64,000 bases of DNA from Candidatus Omnitrophota bacterium (lineage in GTDB: Bacteria > Omnitrophota > Gorgyraeia > Zapsychrales > JBAZNR01), in the NCBI GenBank assembly GCA_041649175.1, contig JBAZNR010000001.1, forward strand, positions 158,934 to 222,933. Direction: 5' to 3'. Of this stretch, positions 1 through 8,708 are shown one piece after another; positions within the stretch are counted from its first letter, which is position 1, and each line of letters starts with the position of its first letter. A program made the position numbers and the translations under genes. Under the pieces are notes generated by a model. The model saw only the letters and a list, made by a program, of their open reading frames with translations, did not search any database and was not told the origin of the DNA.

Positions 1-1465
1 CGCCGAGCAAAAGAGAGTCGGCAAAAAAGAATTCTTTTTTTTGCGTTACGGCATTAATGCGCAAGATCGGTTCGTGACCCGCATTAATATGTTCAAACGT
101 CATTTTCTCCAGATCCAAGACCCCATAGGCCAGCGAAGCAAAAGTACTTATGGGAACATGGCGCACCAGCATATTATTTAAAATAGAGATCGATTCTATG
201 ATCGATATCCCTTGATGATTCAAATAAAAAAGAAGGATCTTGATCATGGTCATGACAAATGCCGACGGAAGGCTATGGCCGGTCACATCCGCAATAACAA
301 TACCTAAACGGCTATCTTTCATTTCAATACAGTCGTAATAATCTCCTCCAACCACCCCGGCGGCCGCATAAACCGCCGCCATATCGACGCGGCTATTTTT
401 AGGCAAAGACTTCGGTAAAAGTGCCTGTTGGACAACAGCCACCGTCTTTAATTCTTGATTCATCTTTTCTTGGGTTATTCTAAGCTCTTCATTTTTAGCG
501 CGAATTCTTTCGTTGGCGATCTTTAGATATTCGATTAAAGAATCCTGTAAATCCCTAAAAAGCCCGCTGTTTTCAACCGCTACCGATACATGATTCGCTA
601 AAATGATCGCGGTTGCCAAATCTTCCTCAGTAAAGATGTGATCAGATTCCGTAATATTGAAATTCAACGTCCCCTTGACCGAATTTTTATATAATAGCGG
701 AACATTAATGGAACATTTGATCCCTTCTTTCCACTGGATATTGCGAAAACGAGGATCGTCATCAGCTTTGCCGTATAAAAGAAGCGGCTGGCGGTTTTTG
801 ATCACCCAGCCTGTAATGCTATGATTGGCGTCTAAAGATGGATGGATAAGGTCACTGCGTATTTGCGCGCCGGAAAACTCCGAAGCGATCACCATAAACT
901 CGCCCGCCTCTTCCTTTAGCAAGATCACCGAAGCGGTATCCGCATGCAAAAGCTCTCGTCCAACTTTTGTGATATGCGCCAATATTTCTTGTGTTTCCAT
1001 GTTGGAAATAAGTTGGCGCGACAAATGCATGATGGTATTTAGTTTGGCTGTTTTCTGTGTTAATTCTTTCGTTTTATCGGCGAGCTCAAGGTTAAGGCTC
1101 TCTAAACGTTTTTCATGATGGCTCATCAGGTCCCGGAAAGAAACAAGCCCGACAATTTTTCCGTCATCAACAACCGGCATGTGGCGGATCTGCCGCTCGC
1201 GCATCAGCTTTATCGCTTCTAGGTAGGATTCATTGGCCGAAATAACTTTGATATCCTTCGTCATTAGATCACGAAGGACCGGCGAGGCAAGTTCGTTGCC
1301 TTGACGGTTTAACGCCACTTTATTAAGAAGATCTCGTTCGGTAAATATTCCAAAAGATCCGTCTTGGCTGCGGACAACGACCGAACCGATATTCTTCTCG
1401 CGCATCAACAAAACAGCTTTTTCTAACGAGCAAGCGTCATCAACGATCACAACATCTCTCGTCAT
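1..1465 (-). CDS. CBS-CBS-GAF-PP2C (SpoIIE/RsbU-type) serine phosphatase, 5' complete, runs off left edge
   Basis: Hand translation of the minus strand from ATG at 1463-1465 gives MTRDVVIVDDACSLEKAVLLMREKNIGSVVV... (two CBS motifs), then a GAF-like region, then 'GIVIADVTGHSLPSAFVMTM' typical of PP2C/SpoIIE phosphatases. No stop before position 1. Missed by the ORF track because it is open-ended. Confidence 0.6.
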   Translation of the reverse strand, partial: MTRDVVIVDDACSLEKAVLLMREKNIGSVVVRSQDGSFGIFTERDLLNKVALNRQGNELASPVLRDLMTKDIKVISANESYLEAIKLMRERQIRHMPVVDDGKIVGLVSFRDLMSHHEKRLESLNLELADKTKELTQKTAKLNTIMHLSRQLISNMETQEILAHITKVGRELLHADTASVILLKEEAGEFMVIASEFSGAQIRSDLIHPSLDANHSITGWVIKNRQPLLLYGKADDDPRFRNIQWKEGIKCSINVPLLYKNSVKGTLNFNITESDHIFTEEDLATAIILANHVSVAVENSGLFRDLQDSLIEYLKIANERIRAKNEELRITQEKMNQELKTVAVVQQALLPKSLPKNSRVDMAAVYAAAGVVGGDYYDCIEMKDSRLGIVIADVTGHSLPSAFVMTMIKILLFYLNHQGISIIESISILNNMLVRHVPISTFASLAYGVLDLEKMTFEHINAGHEPILRINAVTQKKEFFFADSLLLG

Positions 1466-1508
1466 GCACGAGCAAACTAAATTTTGTTTTTCTGTTTGTA
1501 TCATATGT

Positions 1509-2192
1509 TTAAGACGATGATTGATTGCGGCTTAAGCGCTCAATGTCTTTCTCTTTTTCTTTTAATATAGTTTGTAATCTTTCATATTCCGTCTTGGCGA
1601 CCCATTGCGTCTGGTCGTTTTTCTTGACCAATTCATCGGCGATGTGTTTTTGCTTTAGGAATTCTTTCTTGTAATGATCCACGTCAGACTCAAGTCGCAT
1701 TGATTTTAGGGACAGCTCTTTGTTCTCGCTTGTCAACCTCGTAAGGTCTTTACGCAATTCCGTTAATTCGCGCTCAAGCTTGAGCTTCACGGCATGCTGT
1801 GCTTCCAGCTCAGACTGAACTTTCATAAGGTCATCTTTAAATCCCGAAGCTTCTTTTTCCTTTTTTTGAATGGCGCTTTGATCTTTTTCCAGCCATTCTT
1901 TTTCTTGCAGAACTTTCTCCTGAAGCTTGGTCGTTTTTGCTTTTTCGACCGCAAGGTCTTTAAGTGTATTTTTTTGTTCTTGCTGGAGCTTGCCTATTTC
2001 TGTCTTCAAAGAATAGATATGTTTTTCCAGGCGAGCGATGACAGTTTCCCAGTGCTTCGAGTCGACAATCGGTTCTTTTTGCCTTTGCTGCGACTTTGTT
2101 TTTGATTTCTCCGGGAAAAAAATAAAAAGAGAGATGATCAGTGTTACAACCGCTAAAATGATCGCACAGGCAATAAGTAGGAAATTTGACAT
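1509..2192 (-). CDS. membrane-anchored coiled-coil protein (N-terminal TM, long K/E/Q/L-rich heptad region)
   Basis: ORF track; hydrophobic N-terminus LLIACAIILAVVTLIISLFIFF followed by about 190 aa of coiled-coil-like sequence. Confidence 0.45.
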   Translation of the reverse strand: MSNFLLIACAIILAVVTLIISLFIFFPEKSKTKSQQRQKEPIVDSKHWETVIARLEKHIYSLKTEIGKLQQEQKNTLKDLAVEKAKTTKLQEKVLQEKEWLEKDQSAIQKKEKEASGFKDDLMKVQSELEAQHAVKLKLERELTELRKDLTRLTSENKELSLKSMRLESDVDHYKKEFLKQKHIADELVKKNDQTQWVAKTEYERLQTILKEKEKDIERLSRNQSSS

Positions 2193-2219
2193 ATCGTATG
2201 GTGATTGAAATAATTTTTC

Positions 2220-4298
2220 TTATTCTATCACAGGTTTTTTTCTTTCGTCGCGGAATATCGAAAGATTATTTTTTGCCCTCAAGAAGCGTTTTTGGATCTC
2301 TTTGGCCTTATATTCAAATTCTTGCCTCAAATTCTCCTGCCCCGTCTTTTTATAATAGTGCGCCAAATTAAGATAAGCGGCCGTATGGTTAGCATCAATT
2401 TCAATAGCCTTTTTAAAACATCGCTCAGCCCCTTCAAAATTCCCTACCCCGTCATAAGCGATACCTAAAACATTGTAGGCATCCGCGTATTGTGGATTGA
2501 TCACCAACGCTTGAATATTAGCCGAGATAGACTGAGAATACATTTTTTGCGCCAAATATAAATTTCCCAACGCATAATAACTTTCCGCCGAATGAGGGTT
2601 ATGGCGAATGGCTGTTTTAAAATAATTCTCGGCATCCCCAAAATTATTTAAACGCATATAAATATTACCTAAATTTAAATACGGAACATCGCTTTGAGGG
2701 CGAATACTAGCTGCTTTATAATATTGCGCCGACGCAAATTCAAGCTGCCCCTGCTGATAATAAAGGTTTCCTAAGTTAACATTAGCTTCAAACGATTGAG
2801 GATCAATACGCAAAACTTCTTCCCATTGTCGCTGAGCCTCGCTCACTTTTCCTTTCTTAAAATAGATCTGCCCAAGATTAATGCGGGCAACCGTGTATCG
2901 GCTATCTAAGGCGATCGCCCTTTCATACTGCGCTTGAGCTAGATCCAAGAAACCTTTTTCTTGATAAAAAAGCCCCAAATTATTATGCGGCCTGGCTTTA
3001 GTGGGAGATTTTTTAACAACATCTTCCAATAGAATGATCGGATGAGCCCAAAAAATGTTGCGCGCAAAGGTCAGCAAAAGGAGGCTTAAGACAATACCGC
3101 TAAGAAGAATGACATATTGTTCTTTTTTCGTAAAAATAGCACGAAGCCCCCAAGAGACCAAGAAGGAAAATCCGATCACGGCCACATAAAGACGGTGTTC
3201 AAAAATAAGATCAGGTAGAGGGAAAATGGTTGACTCAGGGATCAAAACAATAAAAAACCACGCCACGCAAAATGATATCACCGGATTTTTTTTGCGCAAC
3301 AGATAGGCCGCAATAATGATAGAAGTTAAAGCAATGAGAGAAAGAACGGCCGGTAAGGAAAATAAATTCCTCACCAAGGAATAGTCGTAATCCAAATTCT
3401 GGTTTATCGGAAGAAATAAAAGCTGAATATATTTTACGAGAACCACCCATTGAGTTAAAAGATAATCCCAGCGCGAAACCTCCGAAGTGACGCGGGTCGC
3501 ATAAGTTAATTTTGAAAGGTCAAAAGACTCCGAGAAGTAATTCAGCGAGAAAAGAATAAGAAAGACCGGGACAAGAACAACCGTTGCAAGAAAAGGAAGT
3601 AAAAGAACGGCTTCTTTTTTGATCGTTTTCCATGACAAGCGGAAAAATAGAGCTTCATAAAGCAAAACCACTAGCGGCACAGTCACAAAGATAGGCTTGG
3701 TCATTGCCCCTAAAAGAACAACACCCCAAAGACACTGATAATCCTTTATCTTAAAACCTTTCTTTAAACGAAGATACAAAATCAAAGCAAGTGTATACGC
3801 GATCGTAGCCAAAATGGTCGAGCGTTGCACAATATAAGTCACAGATTCCGTTTGGATGGGATGCAAAAGAAATATCAAAGCGCTAAAAAATGCGATGAGC
3901 CCCTGGTCTTTACTACTAGCTTGGTGATCTTTCGATGCAAGGCATAACGTCTCACGGATCAGATAAAAAACTAAGATCGCGCAAATCGCGTGGAGAAGAA
4001 AATTAACAAGATGAAACCCAAAAGTATTAAAACCGGAAAAGTGATAATTAAGCGCGAATGTCAGATGGGTTAAAAATCGGCTTGGATCATACCAAAAGAG
4101 CTTATCGAGAGAATCTAAATGCCGAATGAGCGGATTTTTAAAAATAACGGGAATGTCATCGAGTTGGAACGGGGAGGTAAAACCGCGTCCGTAGGCAATA
4201 ACACCTAAAACGATCACAGCGATCGTAAGCTTAACAACGGACCTTTGCGTGAGCAAGCGAGCAACTGATTTGAAATTTAGCAAGAAACCACCGATCAA
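2220..4298 (-). CDS. TMTC/DUF1736-like GT-C membrane glycosyltransferase homolog with C-terminal TPR array (paralog A)
   Basis: Multi-TM N-terminus with 'FQLDDIPVIF', 'HLVNFLLH', 'LHPIQTESVTYIVQRST'; C-terminal half has at least 8 TPR-like repeats (…YERAIALDSRY…, …NLGNLYYQQGQ… etc.). Confidence 0.6.
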   Translation of the reverse strand: MIGGFLLNFKSVARLLTQRSVVKLTIAVIVLGVIAYGRGFTSPFQLDDIPVIFKNPLIRHLDSLDKLFWYDPSRFLTHLTFALNYHFSGFNTFGFHLVNFLLHAICAILVFYLIRETLCLASKDHQASSKDQGLIAFFSALIFLLHPIQTESVTYIVQRSTILATIAYTLALILYLRLKKGFKIKDYQCLWGVVLLGAMTKPIFVTVPLVVLLYEALFFRLSWKTIKKEAVLLLPFLATVVLVPVFLILFSLNYFSESFDLSKLTYATRVTSEVSRWDYLLTQWVVLVKYIQLLFLPINQNLDYDYSLVRNLFSLPAVLSLIALTSIIIAAYLLRKKNPVISFCVAWFFIVLIPESTIFPLPDLIFEHRLYVAVIGFSFLVSWGLRAIFTKKEQYVILLSGIVLSLLLLTFARNIFWAHPIILLEDVVKKSPTKARPHNNLGLFYQEKGFLDLAQAQYERAIALDSRYTVARINLGQIYFKKGKVSEAQRQWEEVLRIDPQSFEANVNLGNLYYQQGQLEFASAQYYKAASIRPQSDVPYLNLGNIYMRLNNFGDAENYFKTAIRHNPHSAESYYALGNLYLAQKMYSQSISANIQALVINPQYADAYNVLGIAYDGVGNFEGAERCFKKAIEIDANHTAAYLNLAHYYKKTGQENLRQEFEYKAKEIQKRFLRAKNNLSIFRDERKKPVIE

Positions 4299-4329
4299 TT
4301 CTTAAACAACCTTTTGACTGATTTCCGTT

Positions 4330-5109
4330 TTAAATAAAATCTTTAATTTTATCCATGAACGATTTAGAATCGAACGTATTATCAATTTCTATCGGCTTCT
4401 CTTTGTTTCGGATCTTTTTCCCCCGTCCGCCTAAAACAAATTGCCCCCATTGAGAATGTGGCGTTTGCTCTTTAGGCTCAATAAGAGAATAAACAACGAC
4501 GGAAACCTGCTTTGCCGCCGGGCAATCATCAAGGGCCTTTATGATCTCATCCGAACTTATTTCCGAAAAACTATACTGCAGAATAAAAAGGTCCGGCAGC
4601 AACTGCAGCGCCTTGCCTAAAGCCTGGTGGCCATCTGCCGCTAAGCTCACCTGGTAACCTTTCGCTTCCAGCTGCGCTTTCATTTCCTGCAGCCGAGCAG
4701 GATTAGTGCCCGCGATCAAGGCCGTCTTGGCTGCGCTTGACGACTTTACAGCGCCAGCTAATAATTTTTTAACTTGAAAAATCAGGTCTTCCGGCTCAAA
4801 AGGTTTGGTTAAAAATGATTGTACTCCTAAACTTTCAAAAGAGTCTTTCATCGCCCCGCGACCCGTCATGACCAAAACCGGAATATGCGCGATCCTCGGG
4901 GTTTCTTTTAACTTCTTATAAAATTGAAATCCGTCCATGCGCGGCAACAAAATGTCTAAGATGATCAGGTCGAACATATTCTCTTTCAAAGTCTCTAGCC
5001 CCTCTATTCCGTCGAGAACGGCAAGGACTTCAAACCCAGAGCGTTCTAATTTAAGCTTAATGAGTTCAGCGATCGCCCGATCGTCTTCGATCACCAAGAT
5101 TTTTTGCAT
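4330..5109 (-). CDS. response regulator: REC domain plus a second REC-like domain lacking the phospho-Asp (pseudo-receiver), no DNA-binding output
   Basis: MQKILVIEDDRAIAELI…DLIILDILLPRMDG…LTKPF (canonical REC); the second domain has 'DLFILQYS' in place of the acceptor Asp. Confidence 0.7.
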   Translation of the reverse strand: MQKILVIEDDRAIAELIKLKLERSGFEVLAVLDGIEGLETLKENMFDLIILDILLPRMDGFQFYKKLKETPRIAHIPVLVMTGRGAMKDSFESLGVQSFLTKPFEPEDLIFQVKKLLAGAVKSSSAAKTALIAGTNPARLQEMKAQLEAKGYQVSLAADGHQALGKALQLLPDLFILQYSFSEISSDEIIKALDDCPAAKQVSVVVYSLIEPKEQTPHSQWGQFVLGGRGKKIRNKEKPIEIDNTFDSKSFMDKIKDFI

Positions 5110-5142
5110 AAATATCCCTCAAATAATGGCACGGTAAATAAT

Positions 5143-6972
5143 TTACTGCTTAGATCTAAGTAAAATTTCTAAGTTGCGCCTAGCAGGTTTAAAATCCGGA
5201 TTAATTTCCAAGGCCTTATGAAGCCACTCTTGCGCATCTCCCGATTTTTCTTCCTGCACGTAACATAAGGCCAAATTGTTCATAGCCCAAATATTACGCG
5301 GCTGCAGTTGAATAGCTTGTTTAAAACATTCTTTTGCTTTCGCTGTGTTTTTCAGTGAAAAATAGGCACTGCCTAGGCTTGCATATGAATCACCATCCCC
5401 AGGATCAATGACCAGGGCTTTTGAATATTCTTCAATAGCCTGTTGCATATTTTGCTGAGCAGCATAACACTGCCCTGATCCACGATAGACATCTCTAAGA
5501 AAAATGTCATAGATGCCCTCTTTCCCTTTTAACTTAGCTTTAGCCGCATACTCTTGCATTATGTTTAGAGCTTTCAAATATTCATCTAGGGCTTTGTCAT
5601 ATTCACCCGCAGAGTAATACGCCTTGGCTAATAAAGTGTGAACGCGTCCTAATTGGCCCTGAAATTTTAAGGTTCGTTCAAAAAGCGGTATTTCTCCCCG
5701 CCAATAAGTATTTTGTTTGATCGTTGCGCCCAAAAAAATTAAAACAACCACAATGAAGAATATCGAAAAGATATTTTGAGATCTTTCTTTTAAGAAAGTA
5801 TCCGAAAGATATTTTAGCGTAGCAACCATGAATAACACAAATCCGCCTAGCGGCAAGTAAAGAAAATGCTCCGAAGTCATAATGGACGAGTATTCAATAA
5901 TAAGCGGCATGATATTAAGAACGGGCAAGATCCAAATAAAGAACCACCCTAACGCGAATAATAAAATAAGCCGATATTCTTTTGAAACTATTTTAAAGAT
6001 CGCTATAATTCCAGCCAAAACTGCCACAATCCCAGCCATAGAACGCCAGGAAAACTGTAAAATATCTATGCTGCGGTAATAATGCAGATCGACGGGAACA
6101 AAAAGAATGGCGAGGTAATCAAGGAGGGTCTTAGGGATTATCCTAATCCTTAGCCATAATTCTTCGGGGTAATCTAGGAAGGATGTTGAGAATGTTCCAA
6201 GGATAAATTTCCGGAGGATAAAATACCCAGCGGCCACGGCCAGAAACCCGCCAACACAAAAAACAGTTTTACCAAAGTCTTTTTTCTCGCTCCGATAAAA
6301 AACCCACTCGAATAAAAAGATCAATGCCGGTAATACAATGGCTTGTTCTTTGGCAAGCAATGCCATTATGAAGAATGCCAACGATGAGATATAGGAAGAG
6401 ACTTGGGATCTTTTATTGCGGCTTTCCCTGGCCTGCAAATAGAAAATAAAGCTCAGTAAACACAATAAAGCAAAAACAAGGTTCGAGATCCCCGATATAC
6501 AACTCACAGATTCCGTTTGAACAGGATGGAGCAGAAATAAAACAGCAGCTACAAAAGAAACCTTCTTTTCTTTTAAGAAATAAGTTAAGACCCGAAAGAA
6601 CAAAATCGCATTGATAATGTGGAGGAGGATGTTCACCAAATGGTATCCATGCGCATTCAATCTGAAAAAGAAGAATTCAACTTTGTAAATGACCTCAAGT
6701 AATGGCCGATAATACGGGTTGACAGCAGCTCGAGCCCCCTCCATTGAAACAGGCTCAAGAAAATATGCCGCAAGATTATCCCAACGCCCAATCAAAGGAT
6801 TATTTTGGATGAATACTACATCATCATGGACAAAGGGATGAAAGATGGCATTGGCATAACCCAAAAGCCCTAGAACAACTAGACAAATCGTAACTTTTTG
6901 CAAGTTTAAAACAACAAAGAAGTTCTCGGTTACTTGCTGCCACGCTTTAAATTGTTTTTCCATAAGCGACAA
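5143..6972 (-). CDS. TMTC/DUF1736-like membrane protein with C-terminal TPR repeats (paralog B, divergent)
   Basis: 'FHPFVHDDVVFIQNNP', 'HLVNILLHIINAILFF', 'LHPVQTESVSCISG' (the QRST part of the motif is degenerate); C-terminal TPRs. Confidence 0.55.
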   Translation of the reverse strand: MSLMEKQFKAWQQVTENFFVVLNLQKVTICLVVLGLLGYANAIFHPFVHDDVVFIQNNPLIGRWDNLAAYFLEPVSMEGARAAVNPYYRPLLEVIYKVEFFFFRLNAHGYHLVNILLHIINAILFFRVLTYFLKEKKVSFVAAVLFLLHPVQTESVSCISGISNLVFALLCLLSFIFYLQARESRNKRSQVSSYISSLAFFIMALLAKEQAIVLPALIFLFEWVFYRSEKKDFGKTVFCVGGFLAVAAGYFILRKFILGTFSTSFLDYPEELWLRIRIIPKTLLDYLAILFVPVDLHYYRSIDILQFSWRSMAGIVAVLAGIIAIFKIVSKEYRLILLFALGWFFIWILPVLNIMPLIIEYSSIMTSEHFLYLPLGGFVLFMVATLKYLSDTFLKERSQNIFSIFFIVVVLIFLGATIKQNTYWRGEIPLFERTLKFQGQLGRVHTLLAKAYYSAGEYDKALDEYLKALNIMQEYAAKAKLKGKEGIYDIFLRDVYRGSGQCYAAQQNMQQAIEEYSKALVIDPGDGDSYASLGSAYFSLKNTAKAKECFKQAIQLQPRNIWAMNNLALCYVQEEKSGDAQEWLHKALEINPDFKPARRNLEILLRSKQ

Positions 6973-7000
6973 CTACTTCCCATTATTTTGACTTTGAAAA

Positions 7001-7423
7001 CTACTTAATCACCCAGCTCCCGTCCTCATTTTGAATTTTATCTCCGGCCGCCGCTTTATCTTTCTGAACTTGAGCAAAGACCTTCTCAATGGTTTCTAAG
7101 GCATTTGTCAAATTGTTTTGTTGTTCAATAGCCCGATAAATACTCTTCCTGTCATTATTCTCAGAAGCAACCAACGATTTTGCGCTTGCATCGTCAATAA
7201 GGGCAACAACATACCCGCGATTTCCCTCGCCGACAATACCTTGGCTTTTTAGCTGACGCAACTGTTCATAACGATTTTTCCGGTTTTCCAGGGCCGACTT
7301 TACCTCGGGGGTCATTTCCTTGATATCGTAACTGCTTTCGCAAAATACGGTATGCGGATTTATTGCCGATATAAAAAAAGCTGCATACGCCACAAGTACT
7401 GCTCTCAATAACATTCTAGACAT
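7001..7423 (-). CDS. DUF1318 / YdbL-like periplasmic protein
   Basis: Signal peptide; 'QGIVGEGNRGYVVAL…SENNDRKSIYRAIEQQN' matches the G-x-VGE…G-Y-L and EN-x-DR…Y core of the YdbL family. Confidence 0.5.
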   Translation of the reverse strand: MSRMLLRAVLVAYAAFFISAINPHTVFCESSYDIKEMTPEVKSALENRKNRYEQLRQLKSQGIVGEGNRGYVVALIDDASAKSLVASENNDRKSIYRAIEQQNNLTNALETIEKVFAQVQKDKAAAGDKIQNEDGSWVIK

Positions 7424-7440
7424 ATTCTTTCTCCTTAAAA

Positions 7441-7638
7441 TTATTTTGTTTGTGTATTTGTTTGTTCTTTTTCACCGCTTACAAAATCTTCAATACTGCT
7501 GGCGGTATCTTTGAGCCCTTTGACATCAATGGTGATATGCGCATTAATGGTGATGGGCCGTTGCGGATCACCGACAGCTTTGACCGTACATCCGCACGCA
7601 AAAAATGCGAGCAGAAATATCGCTATCCATCTATTCAT
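7441..7638 (-). CDS. small lipoprotein, YnbE-like by position and composition (start moved to the internal Met)
   Basis: MNRWIAIFLLAFFACGC lipobox; mature part is a short beta-rich peptide 'PITINAHITIDVKGL'; sits between the YdbH-like and YdbL-like genes as in ydbH-ynbE-ydbL. Confidence 0.4.
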   Translation of the reverse strand: MNRWIAIFLLAFFACGCTVKAVGDPQRPITINAHITIDVKGLKDTASSIEDFVSGEKEQTNTQTK

Positions 7639-7677
7639 AAAATCCCCTTTCTCCGTATTTGACTTTAGCATGTATTC

Positions 7678-8703
7678 TTAAAATTTCTTTAGCAGCCGTC
7701 CAAACGCATTATCTAAATTGACATCGATCGTTAAATTGATATCTAAATTTAATTCTTGGCTGGCCAAATTCACCACTCCCTGCAAATTCTTCTCGCTTAA
7801 GGTATTAAAATAAACAGAAAGTTTATCGAGTCCGACATCGCCCCCAGCCGACGATAGAGCCTCCAAATCGCGTTTTTGAACACTGTTGTAGGGCAATTTG
7901 TCGGCAATAAAATCCAGCAGAGAAGCTTTTATTCTCGCATCCTTAAAAACGCTCAAATCCGCTTCGAGCTGTCTTATCTTTTGGATATTCCCCGCCATAT
8001 TGACAACGCCGCTTAAATGCCCTTTGACCTGAGAAAAAATATCGGGATGTGAACGCGCGATCAATTCTAAGTCGACGTTTTCAAGATTTATACGAGCACT
8101 ATACGGCAACAAAGAAGCGTAATCCAGAAAGATTTCCCCCTTGATATCTCCTTTATAAAATTGGGCGGAAAGATCATTAAGGTGAACTTTTTTGTTATCG
8201 CCCTTAAAATGTGACCGGATGTTTTGAGCCGAATAATCGTACGCCAACAATTGCTGAGCTTTAAAATATCCACTTATTTGTTCTAGATCGATTCCCTGGA
8301 CACCAAAAGACACATCGAGCGAAAGGCCCTGAATTGTCGCCGGAAAAAATGAAATATCCGCTTCTTTCAAAGAACAAAATATCTCTTTCTTTGGCTTTAA
8401 GAAACCGCTCATTTGTTTAAGCTCTATGATCTTAACTGAAATCGCTTGTTTCTGGCCTGAGCTTTCGATGCTTAATTTTACGTCCTCGAGGATCAACCTT
8501 GCCGGAAAATAAAACCGCTGATGGCTGCATTCAAAAGATTGAACTTTCACATCTCTGAACGAAGAATGGATGATATTCCGTACGGCAAAAGGTGTGAGCA
8601 ATGTCGAATTTAATACAAAATAAAAAGCTCCCAAGCCGATCGCGACTAACACTAAAAACCCAATGCCTATTTTGATAATAATTTTCATAATCGCTTCCAT
8701 CAA
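7678..8703 (-). CDS. AsmA/YdbH-like N-terminal-anchored periplasmic protein (short, 341 aa)
   Basis: Single N-terminal TM then a soluble domain; gene order with the downstream lipoprotein and DUF1318 gene mirrors E. coli ydbH-ynbE-ydbL. Confidence 0.35.
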   Translation of the reverse strand: MMEAIMKIIIKIGIGFLVLVAIGLGAFYFVLNSTLLTPFAVRNIIHSSFRDVKVQSFECSHQRFYFPARLILEDVKLSIESSGQKQAISVKIIELKQMSGFLKPKKEIFCSLKEADISFFPATIQGLSLDVSFGVQGIDLEQISGYFKAQQLLAYDYSAQNIRSHFKGDNKKVHLNDLSAQFYKGDIKGEIFLDYASLLPYSARINLENVDLELIARSHPDIFSQVKGHLSGVVNMAGNIQKIRQLEADLSVFKDARIKASLLDFIADKLPYNSVQKRDLEALSSAGGDVGLDKLSVYFNTLSEKNLQGVVNLASQELNLDINLTIDVNLDNAFGRLLKKF

Positions 8704-8708
8704 ATATA

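Noticed and set aside
825-1118. 97-aa + strand ORF
   Set aside because: It lies antisense inside the open-ended CBS-GAF-PP2C gene on the minus strand, and has no domain signal. Nearly every real gene here is on the minus strand, so long antisense ORFs in this moderate-GC DNA are expected artefacts. The same reasoning applies to 1794-2105, 11246-11683, 12140-12499, 44454-44810, 48506-49018, 54498-55058, 55870-56286 and others.
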